Below, piece after piece: positions 23,303 through 35,800 of a DNA stretch of 64,000 bases (within the stretch, counting starts at the first letter, position 1; every line of letters begins with the position of its first letter). The stretch is from Antedon mediterranea (taxonomy: Eukaryota > Animalia > Echinodermata). The translations under genes and the position numbers were made by a program. Where the stretch lies: positions 26,136,912 to 26,200,911 of the forward strand of contig NC_092675.1 in the NCBI RefSeq assembly GCF_964355755.1, written 5' to 3'. The notes under the pieces are model-generated. The model saw nothing but the letters and a program-made list of their open reading frames with translations. It searched no databases and was not told where the DNA came from.

Positions 23303-23687
23303 TTAACATAACATTCTGCTATGAGAATCACTCTTCCATATTTATTCCTGTGTTGTGTAGGTGGTAGATGTAGATGTGCAACTTTTTATAGGTGTTATAA
23401 TAAAGTTGTTATAAGTTCTAGACAGAACATTTAATTGTATCTGCGTCAATACTTTTATCGATGTGGCTTACAATACTACAACATTAACAAGTAGCAATAC
23501 AAATGTCTATGCTCAGTAAAAAATCCACCTGCGTATATATTAGGACGGTAATTCAAATATTGATGCGCGCGCAGGTGGCGGTATCGTCGTTTGATGATGA
23601 GGAGGCCGAGGAGGAGGAGAAGGAATTCGAAGAAAAAGGCTCACCACCAACCGCGTGGCATGTAGAGCGCGCAACATGCAGCTCAAC

Positions 23688-23727
23688 CAAAGATTATATA
23701 TAGCGTAGCGGCGCTATACAATCTTTG
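23688..23727. mobile_element. 40-bp P-type micro-element or footprint
   Basis: CAAAGATT...AATCTTTG termini, 7-bp TSD GCTCAAC. Confidence 0.7.
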
Positions 23728-23884
23728 GCTCAACAAGTAGAAGTGGGCTTTTCGGGGGGAACATACAGCATCAACAAGCAATGCAAACCAGGCAACTGAT
23801 GCCTTGTTTGACAGGTGTCCGTTTTAGCCTAGTTCTATACACTACAGCCTAGGGGAAATTATAATAATAATAATAAGAGAAAGA

Positions 23885-23899
23885 ATGGACCTAATAAAG
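23885..23899 (+). CDS. Gene B candidate first coding exon (MDLIK)
   Basis: ATG GAC CTA ATA AAG|GTAATA; phase 0 fits the next exon; lies after a GC-richer promoter-like region. Confidence 0.45.
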
Positions 23900-26800
23900 G
23901 TAATATTCCTAGGCTAGGCTAGGTACCCAGCCCAGGCTAGGCCTAGACTCTAGGCTAGCCTACTACGGCTATATGCTAGGCATAGGCCCTAGGCTAGTCC
24001 TAGCCTAGGGCAGGACTACTAGCCTAGCCCACTTTTCTTAGTAAGGCTAGGCCTAGTTAGAAAATCTATTGTAATCTATAAACTAGGCCTAGCCCTCTAG
24101 GCTAATACTAGCCTAGTATGAGTGACTAGGCCTAGGCCTAGGTAGTTAGGCATCAACTATAATAGGCCTACTTCTATCTAGGGGCTAGGTAGGCCCTAGC
24201 TAGGCTAGAGTCTCTGTAAGCATTTTTTTCTTCTAACTAAGCTCTTCTATTCTAGTTGTAGGTCTGACCTAGGCTAGAATATTAGAGTATCCTGTCCATA
24301 AAATTAATAATATTATCATATTATGCCTAAGGCCTAGGCCTCTAGATTTAGACAGTTGTTAATTAATTTTAATGATTTTATATGTTGTTTATAATAATAA
24401 TGCTCTGCTATCCACCACCACCTTTATAGACATATACAAATTACACAGTTGTCTGTAGCAAAAATATTTTTAACTACAGAGATAAACAAGATTTACAGTA
24501 AACAACAGTCAATTAGAGCTCACTCTTTTAATTTGTAATTAATAAATAAGGCTACTCTAGTAGTAGTAGTATAGACCTATCCTATTTGTTATACTTAGTT
24601 ATTAATATTATTAGGATGCCACTGCCAGCTAGGGAGTTGTTAAGACACATAGGTATGAGGTTACTATGATAAAGATCATAGCCAGTGATCGTACCCTTGC
24701 ACTTTGTATCAACAATTTACTATTAATGTCTTTGTATTTTTCAGAAAAATATTATTTCTATTCTAACTTTAGTTCAAATGCTTATTTCCTGTTCAGGCAA
24801 GTTTTATAACTTTTTACAATTTAGTATGGAGAGCAAAATGTTGGATCTACTTGACCAATTGTTCAAAATAAGATGTTTTATATTTGTTCTATCTTTCATC
24901 AATACATTAAACAACGAAATCTACACAATATAGGCTATAATCAGAATTTAAAATCATCCAGGCATGACAAGAGTTAACTTGTGTTTATTTTTTACAGTTA
25001 ATATGAAAGTTGATTAGGTCGATTTAGTCTTAATTATTTGTAATGATGTGTCTAATTGAAATTAGCTGATAACATGCAATGAAAATATATGTATAATAGG
25101 CTATGTGATTGGAAGATGATTATAGGCTTCTGTATGTGATTGAAAGATGATTATAGACTATATGATTGAAAGATGATTATATAGGCTATGTGATTGGAAG
25201 ATGACTATAGGCTATGTGATTGGAAGATGATTATAGGCTATGTGATTGAAAGATGATTATAGGCTATGTGATTGGAAGATGATTATATAGGCCATGTGAT
25301 TGGAAGATGATTATAGGCTATGTGATTGAAAGATGATTATAGGCTTCTGTATGTGATTGAAAGATGATTATAGACTATATGATTGAAAGATGATTATATA
25401 GGCTATGTGATTGGAAGATGATTATAGGCTATGTGATTGAAAGATGATTATAGGCTAGTGATTGGAAGATGATTATATAGGCTATGTGATTGGAAGATGA
25501 TTATAGGTTATGTGATTGAAAGATGATTATAGGCTATAATGATTGGAAAATGATTATCAAAATCATCTTGCATATTAATTTGATAGTTTTCATGATTGTT
25601 TTCAATTTATCTTCATTTACACATGACTATATTCCCTTTTTTCATTATTTTCTTATGCTTTTTTTCTACTTATTCTCTATGCATGATTAACATGAATTCA
25701 ATATAATGTTCAAAATTTACCATAGAACCACATATTTTATTACAGTAATGTTTACTGATTTTAAATAATTATTATTACATATCATTTGGAATTAACCAAG
25801 TAATTTGTATCAAAACCTAGCTAATATTTATATTTCAGGAAACAATGGATATATTACAGTTTTGAATTTTCCGCCACAAACCAACGTTTACAGATATTAC
25901 CAATGTTACACTCCTTCTTCATTCAATGATTATAGTCTGAGTTATGGTAGATCATTTGCAGTAGTAGATGGGGAAAGTATAACTGAAACACCGTGGATCG
26001 TGCCAGATTCAAGTCGAAAATACATTGCAATGCCTAGTGTTGGTATGGGAGTGTACTATTGTAAATTAGTGAAAGATAGTGGCACCACTACAGAAATTGT
26101 TGAGACTACTAGGATAAGAGATGATGGTAAGATGTTCTGGAACCATAAATATTTTACTTTGTTAATCATAATTTGAGTAGCTTTGCTGCTCTACTGTATT
26201 AAATAGAAAATTATTCTGTAATTATTTAATAATACTAGTTAATGTATGATTTTTGTGAAGTACCTTTAGGCACTTATTTTAAAGAGAACAGAAGCATTAG
26301 AAAAGAGTTACCATGTGGAAGCTTTACTATTCTAAGGCTGAACAAAATTGGAATCTGTAAACGTCTGTCAAATCATGGAGTTACTCCATGGTCAAATCAA
26401 AAATAGGTGTTATCAAAATGAGTACAAAAGCAATGATGATTACACTCATCAGTTCAGTGGATTCTACAACTGACACTAAAACAAGATGTGTTTTAATATC
26501 CAAAAATATTCCAAAAAAGAAAACGGTCTAAGTCAATAAAATCCACTCTCAAACATGCACCAAACAATCGTAAATGAACACACAAATTTAGCGTTAAATA
26601 GCTGCGGATAGATTAGAGAGACACGCCCGCTATTGTTTTTCTTGGTAGGCGTAACGTATAGCCGCACCTACTATTTCTAAGCAAAAGTCCTATTCTTTTC
26701 ATTAGAAAACCAATGTGCATTGTGACAGCATCTAAAAAAGTGACCATACTTTTATTATTATTATTATTATTTATTGCCAAAAACCAGATACAAACAAACA

Positions 26801-29800
26801 AAAACACAGAAACTAAGGGAGTAGGCAGAGAACCTAAAAGTGAACCTAATCACTATAACAAGATTTCAGGTTCCGTACTCCCAAAGTAACAACAATGATA
26901 TATAATAAACTATATAAAAATATTTAAATAACAAATAGACGAATCAACAGTGTCAATATAAAATAAACGGATAAAATACATTTTGTAATAAATAGTAAAA
27001 AATAACATCAACCTATTTAGCCAAAAAAAAAGATTATTGAGAGTTGGGAACAGGAAGGTTGGTGGCGGGAATCTGAGCCACTTTCAAAACAAAATAACAA
27101 TAAAAAAGAACATTGCGTTTTAATTTTACAAATATTTTATGAAATTAAAACAGACTGAAAAGAAAGAATGTCTTAAAAAAATGGTTATACTGTATATTTC
27201 TTTGAGTTTTTAAAGTGGTATTTTATTATTTTCTAAACAGCTTTAATAACACCAGTTAATTCTAAAACCACTGTAACAGTGAATGTTTGTGATGATGTCA
27301 CAATTAAATTTGACACCGATATAAGCGGTGATTTAATGTGGAGGAAGGATGGATCTACTCCATTTAAAAGTGGAACAGAAACAAGCACGACCTTTAACCC
27401 GGTAGAGACTACTGATGCTGGGGTGTATGAGCTTTATTTAAATGGTGCTCGTTCAGATCGTAGACACTCATTTATCAAGTTGATTGTACGAGGTAAAACT
27501 TTGTTATATTGTTTAAAAAATCAAATAATGTATTGGATTTCAACTTTGTTTTAATATTTTTATGCATTTGACACTTTACTTCATCTTTATTTTCTGCAAT
27601 ACTATTCTGGGCTTCTGTTATTGTTCAAAGGTTAATAAATTAATTAATTGTAGAAATATAATTTTATTGTAGACACTTTGTACACACTTTCCTCAAATAG
27701 GAACTGCACAATATTCAATTTAAAAAAATGTTAATAATAAAAACTATTAACTTCTGCGAAGGATATTTTAAACACCCTTCCCTTAAAATTAGTTGTTAAA
27801 ATTTTAGAAACTCTAAATTATTATTACTTCAATGCTACATTTTGGAACCAACTCCCTAACACTTTATTTGCAGTAGCTTCATTGAAGAAAAGTAAGGAAA
27901 ACAAAATAAAAAAAGGTATCATCCTGAATGTTTGGGTGTTCTGTTAATGAAGTATTTTTGCAGAACATGCCTATTGATTTTTTTATAACATGCCCTCTGT
28001 ATCCTAGTACTGTAGTAGTAAGCCCTCTCTCTCCCTGAATATAGTTTTCTTTGATATATTTGCCAAGTAGGCTTACTCACTTTAAATTAGTAAGTGAGAC
28101 AAAGTTTCCTTCTAGTCGGGTCCTTTAATTTTGTATTCATCATAATTATATCATTAATTTAAATTCATAAATGTCAACTCAATTAGTCAATCATTTTCAT
28201 ACATAGCGTGTCCGTGTCACAAATGGGGTCCACCTGACTGCACTGGCGATTGTGAATACTGCTATAATGGAGGTGTATGTGATGACAAAACTGGATTATG
28301 TATTTGTGCACCTGGATTTAAGGGAGCGACGTGTGAAATCGGTAAAGCATTTTAAAGAAAACATTCAAATCTCTGCTCTTCTATTATTATAGAAATAGTA
28401 CCTTTAACGTATACTCCATAGACTAATTTAATGGATCCACATGTAAAATTGGTAAGAAAAACATGTGTTTTCATAAAAACTAGTAAATGTTTTAACATTA
28501 AATTTACCAATGATACATGACTCAAGCAGCCATTTAAACAATTGTTGTATTGTCCCTCCTGAAAAAAAATCTTAACCTTTTTGTTGTTGAATATGCCATT
28601 TTAATGTCACTTTATTTTCGTTCTTTGTAATCAACTTTATTGAAACATACAAAACAACCTATTCAAAATCGGATTTAATTAATCTTCATTTTTCATGTTT
28701 TTGGGGGACAATACATCTTTAAAATAGTGTAAATCTAAATAGGCTTATACTTCGTAGAATCAAATGGGTTATTGTAGACTATCTTAGACTAATCAATGAT
28801 GGTGTAGAAATAGGAACCAAGCATTAGTACAGTACAACAAACTGTTGTTAATTTAAATGGATGTTTATCCTTTACTGGAGTTAGAGAGTCATATCATTCC
28901 CAATGAAAGTGTTTCTTCTGCTTTTAACCCTCCTGCGCACTCTGCTTATTATTTTGTCCCTTTGCTTGTTTTATGTTTTTTGCTGAAAAAGAGGAATTAA
29001 GTAAGAAATAATGTATTTTAACCCACACCTCATGTATTTACAGTATGTTTTTTTTCTCATCAGTTATTCATTTTTTATTAAATTTTATTGCTTTATTATT
29101 TAGTTTTCACATCTTGATAGACTAATAATAATAATAATAATAATAATAGGATATTGAAAAGGGCCATGCCTCTGAAATAATTTGGATTTAATGTCTGCCA
29201 TTGTTATTAGCATGTGGTGGCAATAGACATGGTTGGAATTGTGAAAATGTTTGTACCAGACGAGCAGATCCTTCTTCATGTAAAAACATTCTGTTTTGTT
29301 TACCTGATCCATATGGATGTACCTGTGTTACCGGTTACAAAGGAATAAAATGTGACATAGGTAAATATATAATCATGGATTTATCCATAATTTAAAAAAA
29401 TGTTGTGCTTTTCTTCCTTAATATATATTTTAGTTACAATCAAGTATAACAATCATGTATAACAGCCAGATAGGTATCTGTTAACAATATAAATATTCTA
29501 AGGAATTATTCATTTTATCACAAACTTTGAAGATTTGTTTTTCCTCTGGAAAAGAAAAATCTTTTGAAATGTTGCGTTAAATAGGCCAATGCTGGTTAAT
29601 TGTTTAATAACATAATATTTCAAATCATCATCAAACAGAATGTTCACCTGGTACATTTGGAGCAGACTGTACTCAAACGTGTCATTGTCAAGAAGGTGCA
29701 TGTGATCGATATACAGGAATATGCACTGAAGCGGCATGTGAGTTTCCGTGGACAGGATATAACTGCCAACGTAAGAATTCATTATAATATAAGAAAGGTT

Positions 29801-32800
29801 AAAGTTTGCCAATTATTAAAACCTAATTTTTTATATTACCATTATCTGAAGTAAGATAATCTAGAAAAATTTGTAAAGTAAAATCATTTATACAATATAT
29901 TTCAGGTTTTGTTTTTATAATTGATTAAATATCTTTGTGTTGAATGGCATACAATTAAATGAATATAAACTAAATATCTTTAGAACAGCATATTTTAAAC
30001 TTTAAAAAAAAATGTTCTGTTTAGAATGCCAAACTGGTGAAGTGTGTGAAGAAAATGAATGTAAGGAACCATGCAAACATTACAGAGAAAATGGCATATG
30101 TAAAGAATATGGTAGGTTCCCAGTTAGAAGTAGCCCTTTTAAACCCAACATGTTCAGTCTTGAACATTTCTGTAATTAATCAGATGTATTAGGTCAGATT
30201 TTATACTAATTTTAATTTTTCTGACATTATAAATAAATATTTGAAAAATAAATGTTAACTTTTTTGTTAAATCAGTTGTCAAGTACTTACTTGCTACTTT
30301 TCAGCTATTTTCATGGTTCGGTGAATTGCGCCATCTCTCGTCTGATGTTCAGCTTTCTGCTGGTGTTTCCCTTTTTATTAAGTCATCGTAGATGTGGCTC
30401 AGGTCATGTCCTCCCTGGTCTCTGTTGATGTTCATATTCGTTTTTCTGATCCAAATAGCTTCTTTTATTAGTAGTGTTGTTCTCTGTCTCAATATTTTTG
30501 TATTTTCAAAAATCCGGTATGTGGTTTTCTATGATCTGTGATAGCTGATTTGTGTAGAGTTTTAGATGGTGAATGGCGAGCGCTCCTAGTTCTTGTCCGT
30601 AATGACAGAACATCATGTCAACGTCATTTGCGTGACCAAGGCTACTGAAAATAGCCGATACGTAGCAAGTAAGTACTTGACAACTGGTTTAACAAAAAAG
30701 TTAACATTTATTTTTTTTTAATATCCATTTGAAACCAGAGGAATTTTTGCAACAACGAATGAAAAATGAAAAACAAAAATGATCCAAACCCAAACCAAAG
30801 TTAAATAGAACCAATAAAAATTAAATAATTAATTTATATTTTGAATTGTCAGGAATTATTAATGCCACATTTGTACCAGCAAATAACAACCAGAACACAA
30901 CTGCATCATGTTCAGTAAAACATGGTACAAAAAACGTTACAACAATGATTATGGTGACCAACAAACATTTCACTGAAAATATTACAAAACTGGTAGAAAT
31001 AGAACAAGATGGTGAGCATATAACAACGTACACATTTTCTGTGACATCAAATGTTGATTCAACTTACGAATGTGTAATTGCATACCCATGTTTTAACGCT
31101 CAGGGACAAATATTTGCTGATATTTTTCGTAAGTAATACAAACTATATAATCAAAATTTGCGTTACTTTTAAATCATTTCAACAATTCTATCTTACTAGG
31201 GAAATATTTTTATATTTATATCACATTTGAATGTTATATTTGTTTATTTGAAGAGAATCAGTTAAATGCGCCTATTGAACTTGGGTCTGCCTTGTTGGAT
31301 TACTCAGTTTCAATTCAACTCATGAAAATATTGCTCTCACATTTCCATTTTTGAGCATTGACTGTATTTATGTCATATGAGCTAAACTAATTGACTATTA
31401 TTTTTACATTTTATAAACAACTTATTAGGGTTGCCTGTCTACAATGGAAGCTTGACAGTACTCAATATATCCGGATCCTTTATCACCATTGAATGGACGG
31501 CATGGGACAGCAATACTGATTATGGAAATGGTCCAGTTGTTGGATACTTTTTATACCACAAACTGAGCAATACCAATGATTGGATGAAGACATTATATGA
31601 GAATTCTTTATCAGGCACTGTTAATGGGTTGTGTGAAAAGGAATACATTTTTAGTGTTTCTGCTGTGAGACCTGGTGAAGGGGGTGAAGGACCAATTGGA
31701 AAAGATGAAATCACAGTAAAACCTCATTGCGAAAGTAAGTGAGCACTGTAGGTACAAATATAGAATCATAACTGGGAGTTTGTAATGTGAAACATTCACA
31801 TTTTTGGGATAATTACCACTTTATTGGACATCTGTTGCCTTTGTTCAAGGAGATTGCAAACTTTTTAACTTTACTTAACAATTAAAAGACCAGATAACCT
31901 AAAGTTGAAAATGATACAGTAGTAATGGGATATTGTGACTTTTGCTGACAATGTGAAGTATTTTTCTTTTTATTTCTTGCCAGAAATTATCAATGCCACA
32001 TTTGTACCAGCAAATAACAACCAGAACACAACTGCATCATGTTCAGTAAAACATTATGGTACAAAAAACATTACAACAATGATTATGGTGACCAACAAAC
32101 ATTTCACTGAAAATATTACAAAACTGGTAGGAATAGAACAAAATGGTGAGAATATAACAACGTACACATTTTCTGTGACATCAAATGTTGATTCAACTTA
32201 CAAATGTGTAATTGTGCATGAAGGATTTTCAGCTCAGCGAGAAGTTTTACCTGAAGTGTTTCGTAAGTAAAACAAATTGTAATTAAAGATTGTTTCAAAT
32301 ATTACAGTCAGTCTTTCAACTCATGAAAAATACTCTCCACTAAATTATTTAGATTGTTGATTACTGACATAAATACACATTATTTGTTATTAGAGTTACC
32401 AGTCTACGCTGGAAACTTGACGGTACTTAATATCTCAGGATCCTTTATCACCATTGAATGGACGGCATGGAACAGCAATACTCATGATGGAGATGGTCCA
32501 GTTGTTGGATACTTTTTATACCACAAACTGAGCAATACAAATGATTGGAAGAAGACATTTGATGAGAATTCTTTATCAGGCACTATTAATGGGTTGTGTG
32601 ATAAAGAATACACTTTTAGTGTTTCTGCTGTGAGACCTGGTGAAGGGGGTGAAGGACCCATTGGGAAAGATGTAGTCACAGTAAAACCTCATTGCGAAAG
32701 TAAGTGAGCACTGTATGTCAACTAAAGAATCACAACAGGCAATGTGTAATGTGACACATTCACATTTCTAGGCTAATTACCACTTTATTGGACATCTGTT

Positions 32801-35800
32801 GCCTTGTTCAAGGAGGTTGCAAACTTTTTAACTTTACTTACCACTTAAAACACCAGATAACCTAAAGTTGAAAATGATACAGTAGTTATGGAATATTGTG
32901 ACTTTTGCCCTTTTGCTGACAATTTGAAGTATTTTTCTTTTTATTTCTTGCCAGAAATTACCAATGCCACATTTGTTCCAGCAAATAACAACCAGAACAC
33001 AACTGCTTCATGTTCAGTAAAACATTATGGTACAAAAAACGTTACAACAATGATTATGGTGACTAACAAACATTTCACTGAAAATATTACAAAACTGGTA
33101 GAAATAGAACAAGATAGTGAGAATATAACAATGTACACATTTTCTGTGATAGCAAATGTTGATTCAACTTACAAATGTGTAATTTTGCATGAAGGATTTT
33201 CAGCTCAGCGAGAAGTTTTACCTGAAGTGTTTCGTAAGTAAAACAAATTGTAATTAAAGATTGTTTCAAATACAACAGTCAATCTTTCAACTCATGAAAA
33301 TACTCTCCACTCAACTATTTAGATTATTGATTACTGACATAAATACACAACATTTGTTATTAGGGTTACCAGTCTACGCTGGAAACTTGACGGTACTTAA
33401 TATCTCAGGATCCTTTATCACCATTGAATGGACGGCATGGAACAGCAATACTGAGGATGGAGATGGTCCAGTTGTTGGATACTTTTTATACCACAAACTG
33501 AGCAATACAAATGATTGGAAGAAGACATTATACGAGAATTCTTTATCAGGCACTATTAATGGGTTGTGTGATAAAGAATACACTTTTAGTGTTTCTGCTG
33601 TGAGACCTAGTAAAGGGGGTGAAGGACAAATTGGAAAAGATAAAGTCACAGTAAAACCTCATTGCGAAAGTAAGTGAGCACTGTGTGTACAACTATAGGA
33701 TCACCTAAAAACTGCAAATAGCTTTATTTTAAAATCATACAGTTTAAAGGAATTCAAATGTATTTGATTACGATATGTAATAATATTGTAAGATTTACCC
33801 TTTCCTGATAAGGTGAATGTAAAGACATTTTTCTTTTTATTTCTTGTCAGATATCATTAATGCCTCATTTGTTCCAGCAAATAACAACCAGAACACAACT
33901 GCATCATGTTCAGTAAAACATTATGGTACAAAAAACATTACAACAATGATTATGGTGACTAACAAACATTTCACTGAAAATATTACAAAACTGGTAGGAA
34001 TAGAACAAAATGGTGAGAATATAACAACGTACACATTTTCTGTGACATCAAATGTTGATTCAACATACAAATGTGTATTTATGCATGAAGGCTTTTCTGT
34101 TCAACAAGAAATTGTTGCTAAAATATTTCGTAAGTTATACAATTTGTAATCAAATTTGCATTATTTTGAATCAATTCAACAGTTGTATGTTACTATAATA
34201 ACATTAATCTTTATAACGCATGAGGTGTGTTTATGACATAATTTTGTTTTTTCGTAAAACCTCATTGCGAAAGTAAATAACAAGAAATTGTTGCTGAAAT
34301 ATTTCGTAAGTAAAAATATTTGTAATCAGATTTGCATTTTTAATTAACAGTTGTATGTTACTATAATTACATTACTAAATTTTTTGAACACTCCTTCTAT
34401 GCCGTAGAAAATAAAGAACGAGAAAGATGAAACTTAATTAGATGCCTTTTACTATCCCAATCAGGGACTAACCCTCAATTGATAGGACCGGACACAGCCT
34501 TTCTCGACACAAAGTTATTTTTTATCTTTTGGCTATGAAAAATGTTGTATTAAAGCTCACTTTGTGTGTAACTTGAAAATGATTGATCTTAGAAAATGTG
34601 TTCACTGGAGTGAATATTTTCATTGCTATACCATGTTTCATATTCAGTTTTTTCTGATTTATAAACATAGGTGTATATTTAATTTCTTGAGTATGACTAT
34701 AATTGTTTCTTCTGTGTTTTATCATAACACATTCGTTGTTCTAATTGTTGCACAACTACAAAACACTTTTTACTTAGGGTTACCTGTCTATACTGGAAAT
34801 TTGACGGTACTTAATATTTCAAGTACATCTATCACCATTGAATGGACAGCATGGAACAGCAATACTGACGATGGAGATGGTCCAGTTGTTGGATACTTTT
34901 TATACCACAAACTGACCAATACAAATGATTGGAAGAAGACATTATTTGAGAATTCTTTATCAGGCACTATTAATGGGTTGTGTGATAAAGAATACACTTT
35001 TAGTGTTTCTGCTGTGAGACCTGGTGAAGGGGGTGAAGGATCAATTGGAAAAAATAAAACCACAGTTAAAACTCATTGCGAAAGTAAGTATAATACACAG
35101 GTACCAGTATTGCTTTCTTAGATGAAAAAATTATCAAAATAATAGTAATGCGCTGCATCTTCATTCAAGAATAAGCGACTTTGATAACCAGAGGGCGGCC
35201 TATTTACAAAGTCAATCAGTACAAAAATGTCCATCTAGGTCCTAGCGTGGTGATGTAAATTTACATCATTGCGCTAGCCTCGCTCCTATTGCACTCTTTT
35301 TGTCCCGTTTACCTTTAAAATATGGCGCCCTTTGGAGTTATTGAAGTCGCTTATTAAAATAGACATATCCGTTTCTGGATTCTCGTTTAAAAACACATAA
35401 ATATTATTTTTTGTATTTAAATTAACTAATCAAAATTCATGTCAATACATTACACCATAATATTATATATATATATGTTTATTATAATTATATATATATA
35501 TGTTTATTATATGTTATAAACGGCAGTGTTATATAGTCGTCATCACCATAATCATCATTTCCTATGTACTATAGAAGAAATAATTTAATATTAAATATAA
35601 TATTTGTTGTTATTGTTATTACAGTAAACTTTGATACATTTTATGAAGAAAATTGTGAAGTTGAATGTAATAAATCATGTGGGTTTCAAAGAGTGAATGG
35701 CACATGCAAGGAAAGCATGTGTATGCCTTATTTGCTTGAACCTGATTGCGATGTTGGTAAGTCCTTGTTACTTATTATAGATTAGTTTAAATGAGTATTC

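Noticed and set aside
23503-23703. Acidic 66-aa ORF
   Set aside because: It arises from a GAG/GAT-rich low-complexity stretch in a putative promoter or 5' UTR, with no homology or splice support.
24826-24933. Alternative gene B start (MESKMLDLL...)
   Set aside because: It ends in a stop with no suitable donor; the 24745-24796 exon aligns better with the gene C signal exon.
25096-25557. Possible CRISPR array
   Set aside because: Units are contiguous with no unique spacers, there are no cas genes, and the context is a eukaryotic intron; it is a minisatellite.
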